Positions 49,400 through 64,000 of a stretch of 64,000 nt of DNA are shown piece after piece. This stretch comes from Tubulanus polymorphus. Taxonomy: Eukaryota; Animalia; Nemertea. The position numbers were made by a program, and so were the translations under genes. The stretch is taken from contig NC_134026.1 of the NCBI RefSeq assembly GCF_964204645.1, forward strand, positions 5,975,950 to 6,039,949, given 5' to 3'. The notes below the pieces were generated by a model. That model worked only from the letters and a program-made list of their open reading frames with translations, searched no databases and was not told the origin of the DNA. Every line of letters starts with the position of its first letter. The stretch's first letter is position 1.

Positions 49400-51327
49400 T
49401 TGTAAAAGGAGGAGCGAATGATATGTTGTTCTTCGTTGTTAACTCTGTTAGTTCTCTTTTTTTTAAACCGGCGTATGTTATCTAACTATACATGTAAATA
49501 ACTACATGTCTATTTATATTTTGTTAGCTCCTTGGACACTCCAAGACGGTAATGATTTGATCTGAATAATCATCTGTTTCATTAAAGTTACCTCTCCCGA
49601 ATTATATGAACTATCGTCGTCTATATATACATGTATATCACATTCAGCCAGTATAATGTTGCAATGTTACCGAGTATCGTATTAAAAAAAAGTTCCACAA
49701 ATAGAAATTGCTTCTTGTTATATCCTCGGAATGTCTTTAGTTTTCTATCACTTCGGAATAGATGTCGTATTCTATCTCAATCGTGGACCACGATCCGGAT
49801 AAGGAGTACGTGCGCCAGTCGCAATTTTCCCGCACCCTTTTGAAAAAACAACGGCAATTTTTCTATCCGCAACTAATAGATCTAAATTCCGCTGCGCAAG
49901 ACTTAATGTCACACAAGACGGGGCCTAGAAATTGCATTGAAATGTACGGAAATTTCAACAATTCCAAGACCACCATTTCAGCCACCCCTTCCCTATGCGT
50001 GGATAGGCGACTTTACAATATGCCCATTTCATTTTTTGCGCTGCTAAGTCTGCCTTTGGATCAAATATGCGACTCCACTGCGATCTGTCGACCCAGGGAG
50101 GTGCGAAACCTCTGGTCGAATCATCGCATTTAGTATTTGACCGGTGGATTTGTCCCGAAGGTGAGATAGCTTCAGCGTCCGATACAGACAAGTGGGTACT
50201 TAGAAGAATCTCTTTTCTGTGGCAGACACCCGAGACACCGAGAATTCGAAGAATATCGATTAGAAATTTCGAAAATACATCTAAAATACCGGTATTTATT
50301 CATCTCAATTAAATAGCTTATTGTTTAAAACAATTTACATGAATTACAAAAGTCTTCATCCAAGAAGCCGACTGAAATATGTAAAACATATTGCCGTATT
50401 ACATATCAGTAATCACAATACGATTAGTGGGATATATAGTTTTGATTTTATTTCACATTTGAACAAACTCTCGAAAAAATAGTATAACATTACCAAATGT
50501 ACAAATCAGACATGATATTCAAAATACACACAATAGTGATGAAACAATAACTTCCGTTTTTCTGACGTTTTCATCACTATTGTTTGTTCTCCGAATATAC
50601 CTCATAGACTGCAACTAGTCTAAACTAATTCAAAAAACAGACATTACCTAATTTAGGGGCAAACTTTTTGAAAGTTAATCATTAAAGAAAATGAAATGTT
50701 GAAATTTCCATTCCATCTCAAACAAAGAGAGTAAAAATTATTCACTACAGAAGAACAATGCGTACATTAATTGTTGCATGTCATTTGACAGATTTCTCTA
50801 AAAAGATTATTTCGATTTATAACTAAACTTGCAAAGTCGAATACAACAAATTCATAACAATTTAACTCGTACATGTATAACGCTAATAGAATATTGGTAA
50901 TTAGAAAAAAAGGAATTAATCATCATGGAGGGAACTAAACTAAAAGGGGATAGCTGGACTGAAATCTCTCGTAGGCCTCGAATCAATAATTCCCTACATG
51001 CAAATGAAACAGGTTCAATCAAACTCGATTAAGTTGTCAATGACTGCTGTCGTCATGACTATCTTGTCCTAATTTGTAATTCAGGTACAATCTACTACTA
51101 CATGACCGTCGTTATTTGGATAATTCATCATTATGATTGTCCTACTATGATAACTTAACGAGTTTGATTGAGAGTTTGATCAGGTTGTTCAGATGATTAC
51201 TGAAGAAACTTTTCTCCCAAAAGATAAACACATACTGTATCGGCTCGAACAGCAGATTGCAACGAACAATTTGATTAATACGTACGCTTTTCTACATAAT
51301 ACACATTATCCAATGATTACAAATCTA

Positions 51328-53693
51328 TCACAGTTTCGGATTTTTTATATCGGATTTTTCTTTCAGTTTTTTTAACCTTTCTCGAATCCAATCAACCTAG
51401 AATTAAAGACACATCGTATCAAGTTATTATATTTACATCAATTGCAGGTGATTAAACCAGTAGACCAGTATAACTAGTCCATTTGGCTATACAGCTTGTC
51501 ATAATGAGTAACACTGACAGGATCTTGTAGATCTTTCTATGGAAAACCAGTGGAACCCTCGACAGATACATAACAAGCGGCTACTCAGGGCAGTTAGCAT
51601 CAAGGTAATTCTTGCCAAACTTCTCAACGAACAACATGTCAAAGACAACAACTCATCAAACCTTCCACTAACCTCCACAACCTACCCCTCCCCATCCTTT
51701 ATTTCTCATAAAAATTCTCCCCGATTTTTTACAAATCATGGGTCGGTTGCTCAAAAGTTGGTTAAAGGAAACTGACGGATAAATACCACAGTAACAACGC
51801 TCTTTTAATTGTCACTGAATCAACTAACCACTGGTTAACTCTAACCAACTTTTGAGCAACTGGCTCCTGATATATCAAATTAGGTTAAAATAGATATTTG
51901 TATCTTCATAAATATTATGTCAGGGCTGTGTGCTGTTTAATCAGGATTAATTGATATAAAGTTATCGCACTAGCTGCTGATTATATGTTGTCTCTAAACT
52001 TACTGTTCTAAACCAGAAGCACCCGGGTTTATATTTCGCCGTCAGAACGAAAAATCGTTTGATACCGGACACCGGTGATAACACGTGTAGATGTAGGTGG
52101 TAAACGCTATTGAACGGAGCCCAGTGAAATCCGAACCTGAATACGATAAACACGAGAAAGAAGGATAACTCTAAGAGACTCACCGTAACGAACCAGAACG
52201 AATTCGGCCAGAACATAGCTCGACTGATTAGTCGCATTTCACTTTCGGGTGAAATGACATGGACGTGCAAATGATCGACCATACGAAACGGAGGCCAGTG
52301 GAACCCCAGCCTAAAAAAATATACAAATTAACAGTACGACCATTCTTGATATTGAAAATCAGATTGACCGAGAGTTTCGTGGTTCTGAGTTTTAATCTAA
52401 TTCAGGACTACCGAATTTGGGTCGAGTTTCATGAAAAAGTCGAAACTTAAATTCTTGGTTCATTGATAATTGCAATAGCTTACATCCATGATCTCAAATG
52501 AGCAGAGCTTAACCATTTTAAGCTTAAACTCTTTCATGACCCCAGAGACTATTCTACTTCCAGACAATTGGTGTCACCGCCTATTTCATGTAAAGTTTTC
52601 TGCAATGCATGGCCTTCTGGTCTGATACACGATGATCTTACAGCTTAACCCTTCGCAAACTGAATGAAATATCCCTTTTGTAAACGTTTTCTCTATTATG
52701 TTTTACAATTACCTGACGTCATTAACATTGCCGCCTTGTTCCTGGAGAACTTGTTTACCAGCAGTTACCAAATGTTCAACTGTAACAATGACAAGCACGC
52801 ACTTAGAAGGCAATCCAGGTTAGAGATGTACAGTCAAATACAGTTAATCTAGATCGGTTTAATCAGGATTCAAATCTAATCTGGACCCAGTTCCACAGTT
52901 CTGAGTTAAGATTTGACCCTGGGTTAACTCATTGAAAATGAACTAACTTTAACTCAGACTTAACTCTAACTCACAACTGTGGAACTGGGTCCTGGATATT
53001 ATTTACGATCCATTGTAAATTTATGTAAAATATGATGTTTTATCATGTATATTTATAAAGCCGATAAAATTCATTGGTACCAAATGATCTGAATTAAGTG
53101 AGTTCTACTATAGATTTATACAATGTATGTGTCGTTATTATCGTAACAAGCCCAGCAAACATCGTTTTATGAGATACAGACCTAAATCAATATGTTCGGG
53201 ACCCAATGAGTTGGCATCTCGTATGTGTTGTTTCGGAATGGATAAATAGTGATGAGGAGCTGCAGGTCTGTGATCCTTAAAAACAACTACATCATCATCC
53301 TAAAACATCAAACATCATATAAGTAGTAGAATGGGAAACCCGATAGGCCTACCTACAATCGTTTGTAAACTTTAGAAAAATTTACTTATAGAATGAAAAA
53401 TTATGACATGGTGTGGACTCTCTCTCTCTCTCTCTCTCTGGCTCTAGATACCATCGTCAGGTGTTACAAACAGTTAAAAATATCTCGATATTTCGTTATA
53501 TATTTGTTGATCAATAAAAATAATTTTGATTGGTTTTTAAGATTTTTACCTCGTACAGAATCGTAGTTTTGGGATCGTTATTTTGAGCAATCGCACAAAA
53601 TATGCATCCGGGTTTATAAATATTTCCCTGTTTTTCGTTTTCCTGCTCTGATTTATCAGCTCGATCGTAATCTTGGTGAGATTCTGATGCCAT
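51328..53693 (-). CDS. HINT3: Histidine triad nucleotide-binding protein 3; exons 53693-53550, 53299-53182, 52779-52713, [52310-52184 or 52136-52004], 51396-51328
   Basis: CIFC, FKDHRPAAPHHYLSIPK, and GFHWPPF...HLHVH are typical of HINT3. Phases are consistent with exactly one exon-4 variant. Confidence 0.93.
52884..52991. mobile_element. Harbinger-type MITE family C; related copies at about 17080-17176, 19585-19685, 39585-39657 and 42257-42545
   Basis: GACCCAGTTCCACAGTT...AACTGTGGAACTGGGTC flanked by CTG on both sides. Confidence 0.8.
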
Positions 53694-54223
53694 ATCTGTC
53701 GATCGAATAAACTTCCAACCGAGCTCAATTTTGACAGTTCATACTACCGTACTGTGCTGCCCTCTATGTATAATTATTTTCATGCGTTCAATGAATGCCA
53801 TTAGATTCGAATCCTATAATCCAGTGGGTTCACTTATCAACATAAACGAAGTTATACTAGTCATCCTTCAATGTCATTCAGAACTTCCACATAGTAAAAT
53901 TTCAATGAAATAGATACACATTTCAATTTCTCTACATTTTTAGGACTTTCTTCCAAACCGAAGTCAGTGTGGTGCGGTGTGGTTCGAATGACCACAAAGC
54001 CTAGAACTAATTAAAAAAAACAATTTCATGAAAACAATATTCTATTTACTAAATGTAAAATCAGCAACAATCGTCAGATATCATTTACAAACACGCAGAA
54101 CACTCCATGCAATGGTTGGAGTCAGTCCATACAAGTATTTTAATAATTCCATTTATTTCGAAATTCAGGCTACACAATAAATATGCTATTTACTAATACA
54201 ATCACGCTCTGTTCTGCTGTTGA

Positions 54224-54577
54224 TCAAGCTGAAAGCTTTTTCTGTCCTGCGTCATAAACGATGGTCGGTGGTCTAGATTCGCGACGTCCATCTCGCCGGC
54301 AATAATAGTTACTACTTAATTTATGCGAAACGCCATCCGGCAGAATTGGAAGAGGTTGAGTCCTTTTCGCCATCGACTGCTCAAAACGTTGATGATCTTT
54401 CAGTGTTCTCTGAAAACCAAATTTGTACAATAAAGTATATTTAAATTGGAATTGAAAAAATGGCAAGCGTTTTCCATCGTTATTGCGTCCAAATACTCAA
54501 TTTACCTGATTCAGAAAGTTTCTTAATTTCATCATGAGCGGGGTGAGCTGCCTGGTTGCACCAGATGTCGATGCCAT
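54224..54577 (-). CDS. NDUFA7: NADH:ubiquinone oxidoreductase subunit A7 (B14.5a), 85 aa; coding exons 54577-54506 and 54409-54224
   Basis: [24 protein letters not shown]|[48 protein letters not shown] matches the family motif. Confidence 0.93.
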
Positions 54578-54900
54578 GGTATTTTCCTACACAAACAGAT
54601 GAAAAATCGAAAAATCTATGGAAAAAGTACACGAAATGTAACGACCGCTTCACAAATTCAAATTCAATTACTTCCTTTATTCGCCAATTTCCCAATTCGT
54701 TTACTTCGCAAGGCGATGGATTTAGGGTCGAGATAGAATCTATTTACTTTTGTCTGGGATATAGAATAAGATAGAAATCAGCGATTCCATGACTATAACC
54801 CAGTAGCAGCGATCCAACATGTTTTGGGTGTAGCTTAATACAGTAGGCCTTATAGTCAATAACGTGTGTGTGGTTTAGTTTCACGATCGGATATTTTCAC

Positions 54901-55150
54901 ATAAGCCCATTCCATTATAAAAAGTTTACCACCAACGATTAGGTAACTAAGTAGGCCTATGACTATGTATCATGGGTCAAATTCAATCTCAAGAAAATGA
55001 ATCATTATTCTTCCAATCCATAGAGAGAATACTGCCCTGAGAAAGTTGATCATAAAAAATTAATTTCTAAGTAAAGTCCTTTCATCCAATGAGTCGTTCG
55101 TGCTGTGGCTGAGTGTAGCAATATCATCAGGTTCGAATCCCTACCGAGAG
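54901..55150 (+). repeat. Dispersed bipartite repeat with tRNA-like A and B boxes; second copy at about 46365-46552
   Basis: Shared block TAAGCCCAT.CCATTATAAAAAG.TTACCACCAACGATTAGGTAACTAA, plus TGTGGCTGAG.GT...CATCAGGTT.GAATC. Confidence 0.7.
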
Positions 55151-55219
55151 GATGCCAACAATATAAGAAAAACGGTGATTCACAGGGTTTGAGGGTAAAA
55201 TATTGAAAATCAAATAAGA

Positions 55220-55356
55220 AATCTTGTTAGAATTTTTTTTTATTTACATCATTGAAATTCAAGCAAATAAAGATATTTCCTCAAGTGAAAAGTACAATTT
55301 CAAGATGTGGTTTTCTAATCTTTTTTACTATCATCGCCGAGAGAAGGCACAAAATC
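55220..55356 (-). other. RPS28: Probable non-coding terminal (3'UTR) exon of RPS28
   Basis: Minus-strand acceptor TTTGTTCTTTCAG ends at 55357. AATAAA at 55244-55239 is followed by U-rich sequence. Confidence 0.65.
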
Positions 55357-55720
55357 CTGAAAGAACAAACCAAAGAGATAAAAACAAGTATATAACCAGG
55401 GTCTAGCTTCACGAAAAAGTTCAAGCCTAAAACGGTGAAGCTTGAATTGTTGTCCTCATTTAAAACATGAAGTAACCAATGGCAATTACACCAAAAATTT
55501 GAGTTTAACTTTTTCATGAAACCGGGCCCAGGGGTTAGGTGGGGCATTGTTCCCCAGATCTAGGCTTGGCTGATACAGTGTTCATAGAAAATAATTTTTC
55601 AAATCAGTTGATAACCGATATTTTCGGCCTAAGTCAATTCATACCTATTTCCACCAATCTGAGTAAAAAATTGAATCAAAATTTCAAAATATATTTTATG
55701 GATGGTCGAGATTATACCTG

Positions 55721-57891
<2,171 letters not shown>

Positions 57892-57918
57892 GCTGCACGC
57901 GATGTCGCTGCTTTTAAC

Positions 57919-57931
57919 GAGAAGAGGAAGA
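57919..57931 (-). promoter_or_regulatory. TCT initiator / 5'TOP tract of RPS28
   Basis: Minus strand TCTTCCTCTTCTC about 30-40 nt upstream of the ATG, typical of ribosomal protein genes. Confidence 0.8.
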
Positions 57932-58990
57932 CTAGGCGCGAGGAACTGCGACGTGCGGTGATCTACCCAAAATGCAGAATTATATCATGAAATGACGAAC
58001 GGAATGTGTATTTTTCCTAGGTTAATTGGAGCTCTGCGCAGCAAGCTGATAATTTTCAAAACCCCTAGTCTAGCATTACAAAAAGGGAAATGAACTCAAA
58101 CAATGCATTACTTATTGTAATCATATCAGCCCTGTAGAAAAACAACTTGAGTTCTTAATTCCGAAAGAACCCACTTAAGGCGCTAAACTATACCAGGCTA
58201 GTTGAATTAATCTGACCGCGACACTATCTCTGGAGCCCCAAATCTGTAACAGTCACAAAGGGTGCGAAAAACAACGTCTGTCACAAGTGGATTTTTCGAA
58301 AACTCGAATCTCCGGTGACCATGCTCACAGGTGCCAGCCGAAGCGATGGCACCAATAAAAACACGCTTTCAGAAATATATCATCTATGTTATTTTGGGCC
58401 TTTAAAATCAATTTCATTTTTAGAGTCCCATGATGAAGTCAATAGTTAAGTTGAAATATCCATGTCATTCATGACGACTTTTGTAATTAGGACTTAGAAA
58501 ACACGGTGTCAAGTTGTCGATGTCGTTTGCATTAACATTATCTTTTCTTTATCGAAAAATGATTACATAGTAGTACTTTCAATAATGGAACAAAGTAATA
58601 CTCGAAAATAAGTCAACATTTTGCAATGTCGAGATTACAAGAAAATCTGTTGATATAAGGATGAATGGGGGATTAATGAGCCCGCGTCGTGATCACATTC
58701 CTTGCGCGTAGAGACACCGAGTGAAACAATAGACCCTTAGATTTATAACACTTTCTGAAATAATTGCGTAATCGGGTCTTGTGTTTATATCGCGGGAGTT
58801 AATTGCCCCGCGGGGACCCCCGATATGGTCACGTGACGTGGATTGAGCGGCGATTAGCCTCGAGTAGCGAGTGGTCATTCGGTATATGGGAGCTATATCA
58901 ACGTCAGGTAGAGTCCATCATCATATCAATCTCAAATCTCATACGGGAAGCATCTCGCGGATTTCGCCTTCAATCGATGGATGATTTAAC

Positions 58991-61900
58991 ATGCAGTTTA
59001 GTTTCAGGTAAAAATTTCATCAAAGTTTCGATCACATTACAACGTGGACTGATTATAATTCAAAACGTCATATAGTTTTAAAGTTAGAAAAGTCTTCTTA
59101 CTTGTTAATCAGAATGAGAATGACATCTAAAGTTTTAACATCTGATTTCGTTGTAATGTTGACATATTTGAAATATGTATCTCAATTTCTAAGAATAAGA
59201 AAATGGTTTTTGGCCAAAAGAAGGCCTACTACTAAATATATTTTGCGATCATGTGGAAATTTTAAAATGAAGCTAGAATTCAATTCTCTAATCAAAACTC
59301 AAATACATATTTGCACATTTTCCCTTTCAGTTTGAATTACAGTTTTGGCGTAATTATTATGCTATTCGTTACGATAATAGATTTAGTTAACGGTAGAGCA
59401 TCCATACTAGAATCTAGCGGAAATTTGTTAAAAGGTAAGACATTTCTTGAATTAGTGATATCTTTTGGGCCAGACGTTTTTCATGCATTGAAAAGCGGTG
59501 TAAATAAGAAATCGAGTTGTTCAGGTGAAACAAAATTAATTAAACCTTAGATGAAGAAGTTAACTATTCGTTTCGTTCGTATCTATCTTTCGGTAAAATT
59601 TGACTTGAATTAGATAGGAGCCGGCGTACAAACGACAGATCCCCAACCACATGACATTGTACGTCGAAACCTTTTAACAGTTTCAAATACAATCAAGATT
59701 ATGATCTATCACCGCGTTTTGGTTTGACTTGTATCGGCCGCACAGAGTTTCGTTTCGAATGACAATAATAGATTTATACGTTCCGAGAATTCACGTGAAG
59801 TGAACCATTAACCGGTTAAGAGATTAAGAGACCAATTAGACATTAAGGAGGTATTGAAGGCGATCGTCTTCGGACAATGCTTTTGTAATATTTTCCTAGG
59901 GATATTGACGTAATATTCTATTCACTAATAATAAAGATACTACGGGAAGGTCTTCCGCTCTATTGCCGCAGGCGGTCGACAGAATGCCGTAACAACTTCC
60001 CACGTGAAATCCTCTGGGGATCTACCTAGCGCTATATGGAGCCCCGATACTCGCGCATCCTTTTCTCCGAGGTGTTAAAAGTATTTGGGGCGAAAGTCAA
60101 AAATGACAATTAATATAGATTGATTTTTAGAGAATAGCCTTAAGCTTATGTGAGTTAAGGGGGCTACGACGAACTACCCATAATCCGAAAAACGGTCCAC
60201 TTTGATGAAATTAATATTCATGAATTAGATCCTTGGCTTGTCCCCCGGTTCTCAACCTATACAGCTACGATTGGCTTTGGGTTGTTAGGAAGCTTAGAGT
60301 TGGGAGGGCCAAAGTTAGCTCCCCAAAATCAGTCGCACTATTCGCAACTGATAGCCATGATCGCGAGTTGTCCACAAAGAGGTGACCATTTTAGAGCATC
60401 TGCTTGAGAAACACGATTGCGGGTTGGCGATAGGTTTTTGGGTTTTTATTCAGCTTTATTTCAAAACTTCCAGGAGGAAATGGCCACCGGATTCGCCATC
60501 CAAGAAAACACACGAAAACGAGACACCAAAAGTCACATCATCAGAAAGGTACGTACGGTATTCGAACCAATTTCCACCGCTATTTTATTGTTCGGTGAAC
60601 GATTTAGTACAATTATCGCCGCAAAGATAATTGGCTTATCCGCATGGAGGCATCGTCGTCAACTTAGCGTCCATCTATTACGTAATTCCATTGAAACATA
60701 CCCGGCAAAAGGTGCCGTGATTGTCTTACGACTGATTAAGCTACTAATTAATATTGACGGTCGCCGGGAACGCCAGATGTCGAATAACTATAGCCGAGGG
60801 GTGCCGGGTCTACCAATTTGGGGCTAAATATTACGTGATTTCTCTCTAATTCATTGTTTATATCGCATCCATTGTTCGCTTTATAATGTATACACGCTCA
60901 TAAGGAAGAGGGGAATTACATGCATTAAACGGGTAGATCACACGACGAAAGTTGACAACGGGGGTCGAAATATTTAGCTTTTCCTTTGATTGGATCCCGA
61001 TGGAATTGAATACATACGCCAGTAGGCCTACGTATGATTTCAAGAAATTAATAAGAGAAAAACCCAGTATGTACAAGTTAAAAGCATTTCGAAATCGATA
61101 ATTTATTTTATCAAAAAATAAAAAGACGCCGAAGTTTCGATCTCACCCTAGAGATCAAATTGTCAGATGATACCCCAAGAAATTAATATCTCGCGACTTC
61201 CATTTTCATTTTCTTACGAAAAGAAAAGCTTTTATGTTCTGTGTCATGAATTATACATTTCAGCCGCAAGCCGTTCCAGTGCTTTCAGACCCATATCCTG
61301 GGATAAATGTTGTCAGAATGGTGGAACATGTTACCTGGGGAGTTTTTGCATTTGTCCGACGTAAGTATCACGTGAATTCATCGTCTGGACCTTGATTTCA
61401 TTTTCAATTACACAACCTGATTGTGGGTGGGGGATGAGTCGGCGAAATCTGTGCAAATTCACGATTTATTACGAAATGATATCCATCTGTGAAAATATTA
61501 AATACGGGTAAGATCAGATAGCCCGCTTTACACCTGTGTTTTATCCAGGTATGTCCGCATTTAATTATGTACGCAGTAAGTCTAGTAACAGTTGCTTATC
61601 AGCGCACGGTGTTTGACGAAGTAATGACAGGTGATGTCTGCAACACACGACTGATTTTACCTGCACTGAATCCTTATCTGATAATTAGCCTTTGCACCAC
61701 GAAGATTCTATAAAAAGAAAAAGTTGATATTCTTCGCGTAAATGAGAATTACGAACGCGCAAGTTTAGCGTTTAGCGCCTTTGTTCGCGTACCGTTTGTA
61801 GATCTTCGAATGACCATGTCCCGAATTTTCGAGACGATCCCCTGCGAATATTTTTGATACGTTCATTGTCAAAGATTTAAACATCTTTCTGTGAATGATA

Positions 61901-62638
61901 AACGCATTAAGAACATTTCCGTTAAATTCATTCTGACAAAAATATGTTTTCATGTTTATATTTGTAGCGGTTATCACGGACGGTATTGCGAGTATTTTCA
62001 GCAGACGAGAAAGTGTGAAGAATTCCGACACGGACACCACGTAAAACAGGATTGTAATTTATGTCTGTGCATCGATGGGACGATGTCTTGCGTGCAGCGC
62101 ATCTTCCCCAACTGTCGTAAGTATTCGAAAACATTTTTCGAAGTGTTGCACCCAGCTTCATGTGAATTTCTTTATGTTTTATTCAAGTTAGAATTATTGT
62201 ATTTTCAACTCTGAACCCCGATCCGAAATTCAAAGTTTAGCTCAGACATGTAGAATCGGCTCCAGGTTTAGCCTAGTTAACTTTGAGGTTTTTGAAGTCT
62301 GATCGTCTTAATGTCTAAATTATAAGTGGAACGATCTCCGTAAAAATGAACTGTGTCGTCACATCGTCTGAAAAATAATCTACAAGCTTACTCTTACTGC
62401 CATGTATTCAAAACTGACTCCAATTTTACTATATTTACTTTCAGTCGAATCTTCTAACTTAGGTGAAAATATCGTGAACTATAATTTCTCAATACTCGAA
62501 GAAAGAATGGATTTCTATCGGATTTATGATTTCACCGAAAATAGCTCACCGATTGCGCAAGTGTCGATGGACTATCGAACTATGGTTTTTTTCATAGTAC
62601 CTTTTCACGGGTTACTAAAATGTCTTATGCACCGTTGA
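58991..62638 (+). CDS. EGF-CFC (Cripto/Cryptic/one-eyed pinhead-like) co-receptor; exons about 58991-59007, 59331-59434, 61264-61361, 61968-62116, 62445-62638
   Basis: Signal peptide, truncated EGF [26 protein letters not shown], CFC domain CEEFRHGHHVKQDCNLCLCIDGTMSCVQRIFPNC, and a hydrophobic C-terminus resembling a GPI signal. The first exon is less certain. Confidence 0.88.
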
Positions 62639-64000
62639 CCTGGCATGTTAGAATGATAAATTACTATCGAATGTGAAGAAAATGTTAAGGACATACTGCT
62701 GACCACGAATATGATCTCGGAGCGAACGACTTTGTAATTTGTTACTAAAAATGAAGGAAAATAGTAGCAAACTGTGAGATCTGGGGAAGAGCTCAAAAAA
62801 GTTACTTATGTTTCAAATACCCGTCGTTGTAAATGTTTGTGTTCTACAAAAACCACAAACATATCGACGAAACAAATCATTGGATCGAAATCTATTTTGG
62901 TCAGAAGGGATCGAACCAGCTGTTCCTGGCCAGTTACACAAGACGATAAACACTCGGTGTTATCTGACAAATTACTCCGAGGCCGTCTGCAACTAATTAT
63001 CCATTATCCATCGCGTATTGATTACTTTTAAGATGTTTTCCAAAGTATCGTCCATAAATATTACCAGCAAGTTCTAATAAAACACTGTATATATTTTGAT
63101 AAGATATGTTGCTATTTATGGAATAAGAACATTCCGTAATGCTGTATTTTGCTAAACCGTTTTGTAAGAGTTAATCGTCTGCTATTACAGGATCGGGATA
63201 TTTCTGTATAAAATCGTATCCACCTGAAATTGAATCATTTATAATCTTCTGATATGTGCTAATTAATTGTATCTTTAATGTAACAAATATAGAAATTGAG
63301 AATTTGTATGGGATCTTTTTTTGTATGTATGCTTTCATTAATAAAACGTTGATACCGAGTTTATCAGCTTGATTGCTGTGGTGTGATATGAATTTATCAG
63401 CTTCACGGTCAAGGCTAACTTTATAGTTGGTCTAAGCCTATGTATGTACACCGATCCTACAACATGGGCTTTTGGACGTTCTGGAGACTGCAGCCGAGTC
63501 AGTTTGTGTCGTCAAATTCTGATCAAAGGGTCTTAGAAACATAGATCCTCGTCGTTAGTGGACATCATTGTTACCAGCTGGTTGTTGTATCGGCAGGCAG
63601 GCAGGGGAACTAGCATTTACACCAGCGGTACAGGATTCCATCCGAATATGTCAGTGTGACATCATGCATGATAAAACTTGGGTACACGGGTAAAAATGAC
63701 TGCTTCCACGGCCCTTAATTGTTCAACAAACAGACGCTTAGGGTGCTAGACTTTGTAATGGAAATGTTGACAGTCACGAATCTTTCAATGTTCCTTCCTC
63801 AGTTCTGAATGGAAACGATTTATAACTAACGACGAATAACCCATATTACAGACATTTTCATTTCTTTTTATTTACATTGTACATGGTCTAATTACAGTAC
63901 GTACATAATCGACTAACATGGAAATCGACAGCTATCTTACACTGTGGACCTTATTCCATAGATGAAAATAAGATTTAAATCTAAGAGTCAACATTCGTCT

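Noticed and set aside
49905-49930. RNase MRP/P CR-V-like ACACAAGACGGGGCCTA
   Set aside because: No complementary CR-I (GAAAGTCCCC-like) sequence found upstream.
60382-60827. 136-aa ORF in the EGF-CFC intron
   Set aside because: No homology recognised, no ATG at the annotated start and no fitting splice phases; more likely intronic regulatory DNA.

Overview
AT-rich, intron-rich, gene-dense eukaryotic (invertebrate animal, probably spiralian; inferred) genomic window. Twelve spliced genes were reconstructed by hand: CAD (+, 5' end truncated), RMC1 (-), MRPL55 (+), a secreted three-Kazal precursor (-), RAD51C (+), CFAP119 (-), TBL2 (-), a Tctex1-domain dynein light chain (+), HINT3 (-), NDUFA7 (-), RPS28 (-) and an EGF-CFC/Cripto-like gene (+). 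Introns carry many non-autonomous elements (Harbinger-type MITEs, hAT5-like elements with 5-bp TSDs, SINE and HINE fragments, Penelope-type inverted ends with hammerhead cores). The top observation is an apparent shared RPS28-NDUFA7 transcription unit. A donor 3 nt after the RPS28 stop can join either RPS28's own 3'UTR exon or an acceptor 9 nt before the NDUFA7 ATG, and the second join is in frame. Second is a pair of mutually exclusive HINT3 exons that each encode the catalytic histidine triad. Gene models come from reading the sequence and recalled homology; no alignments or searches were run.
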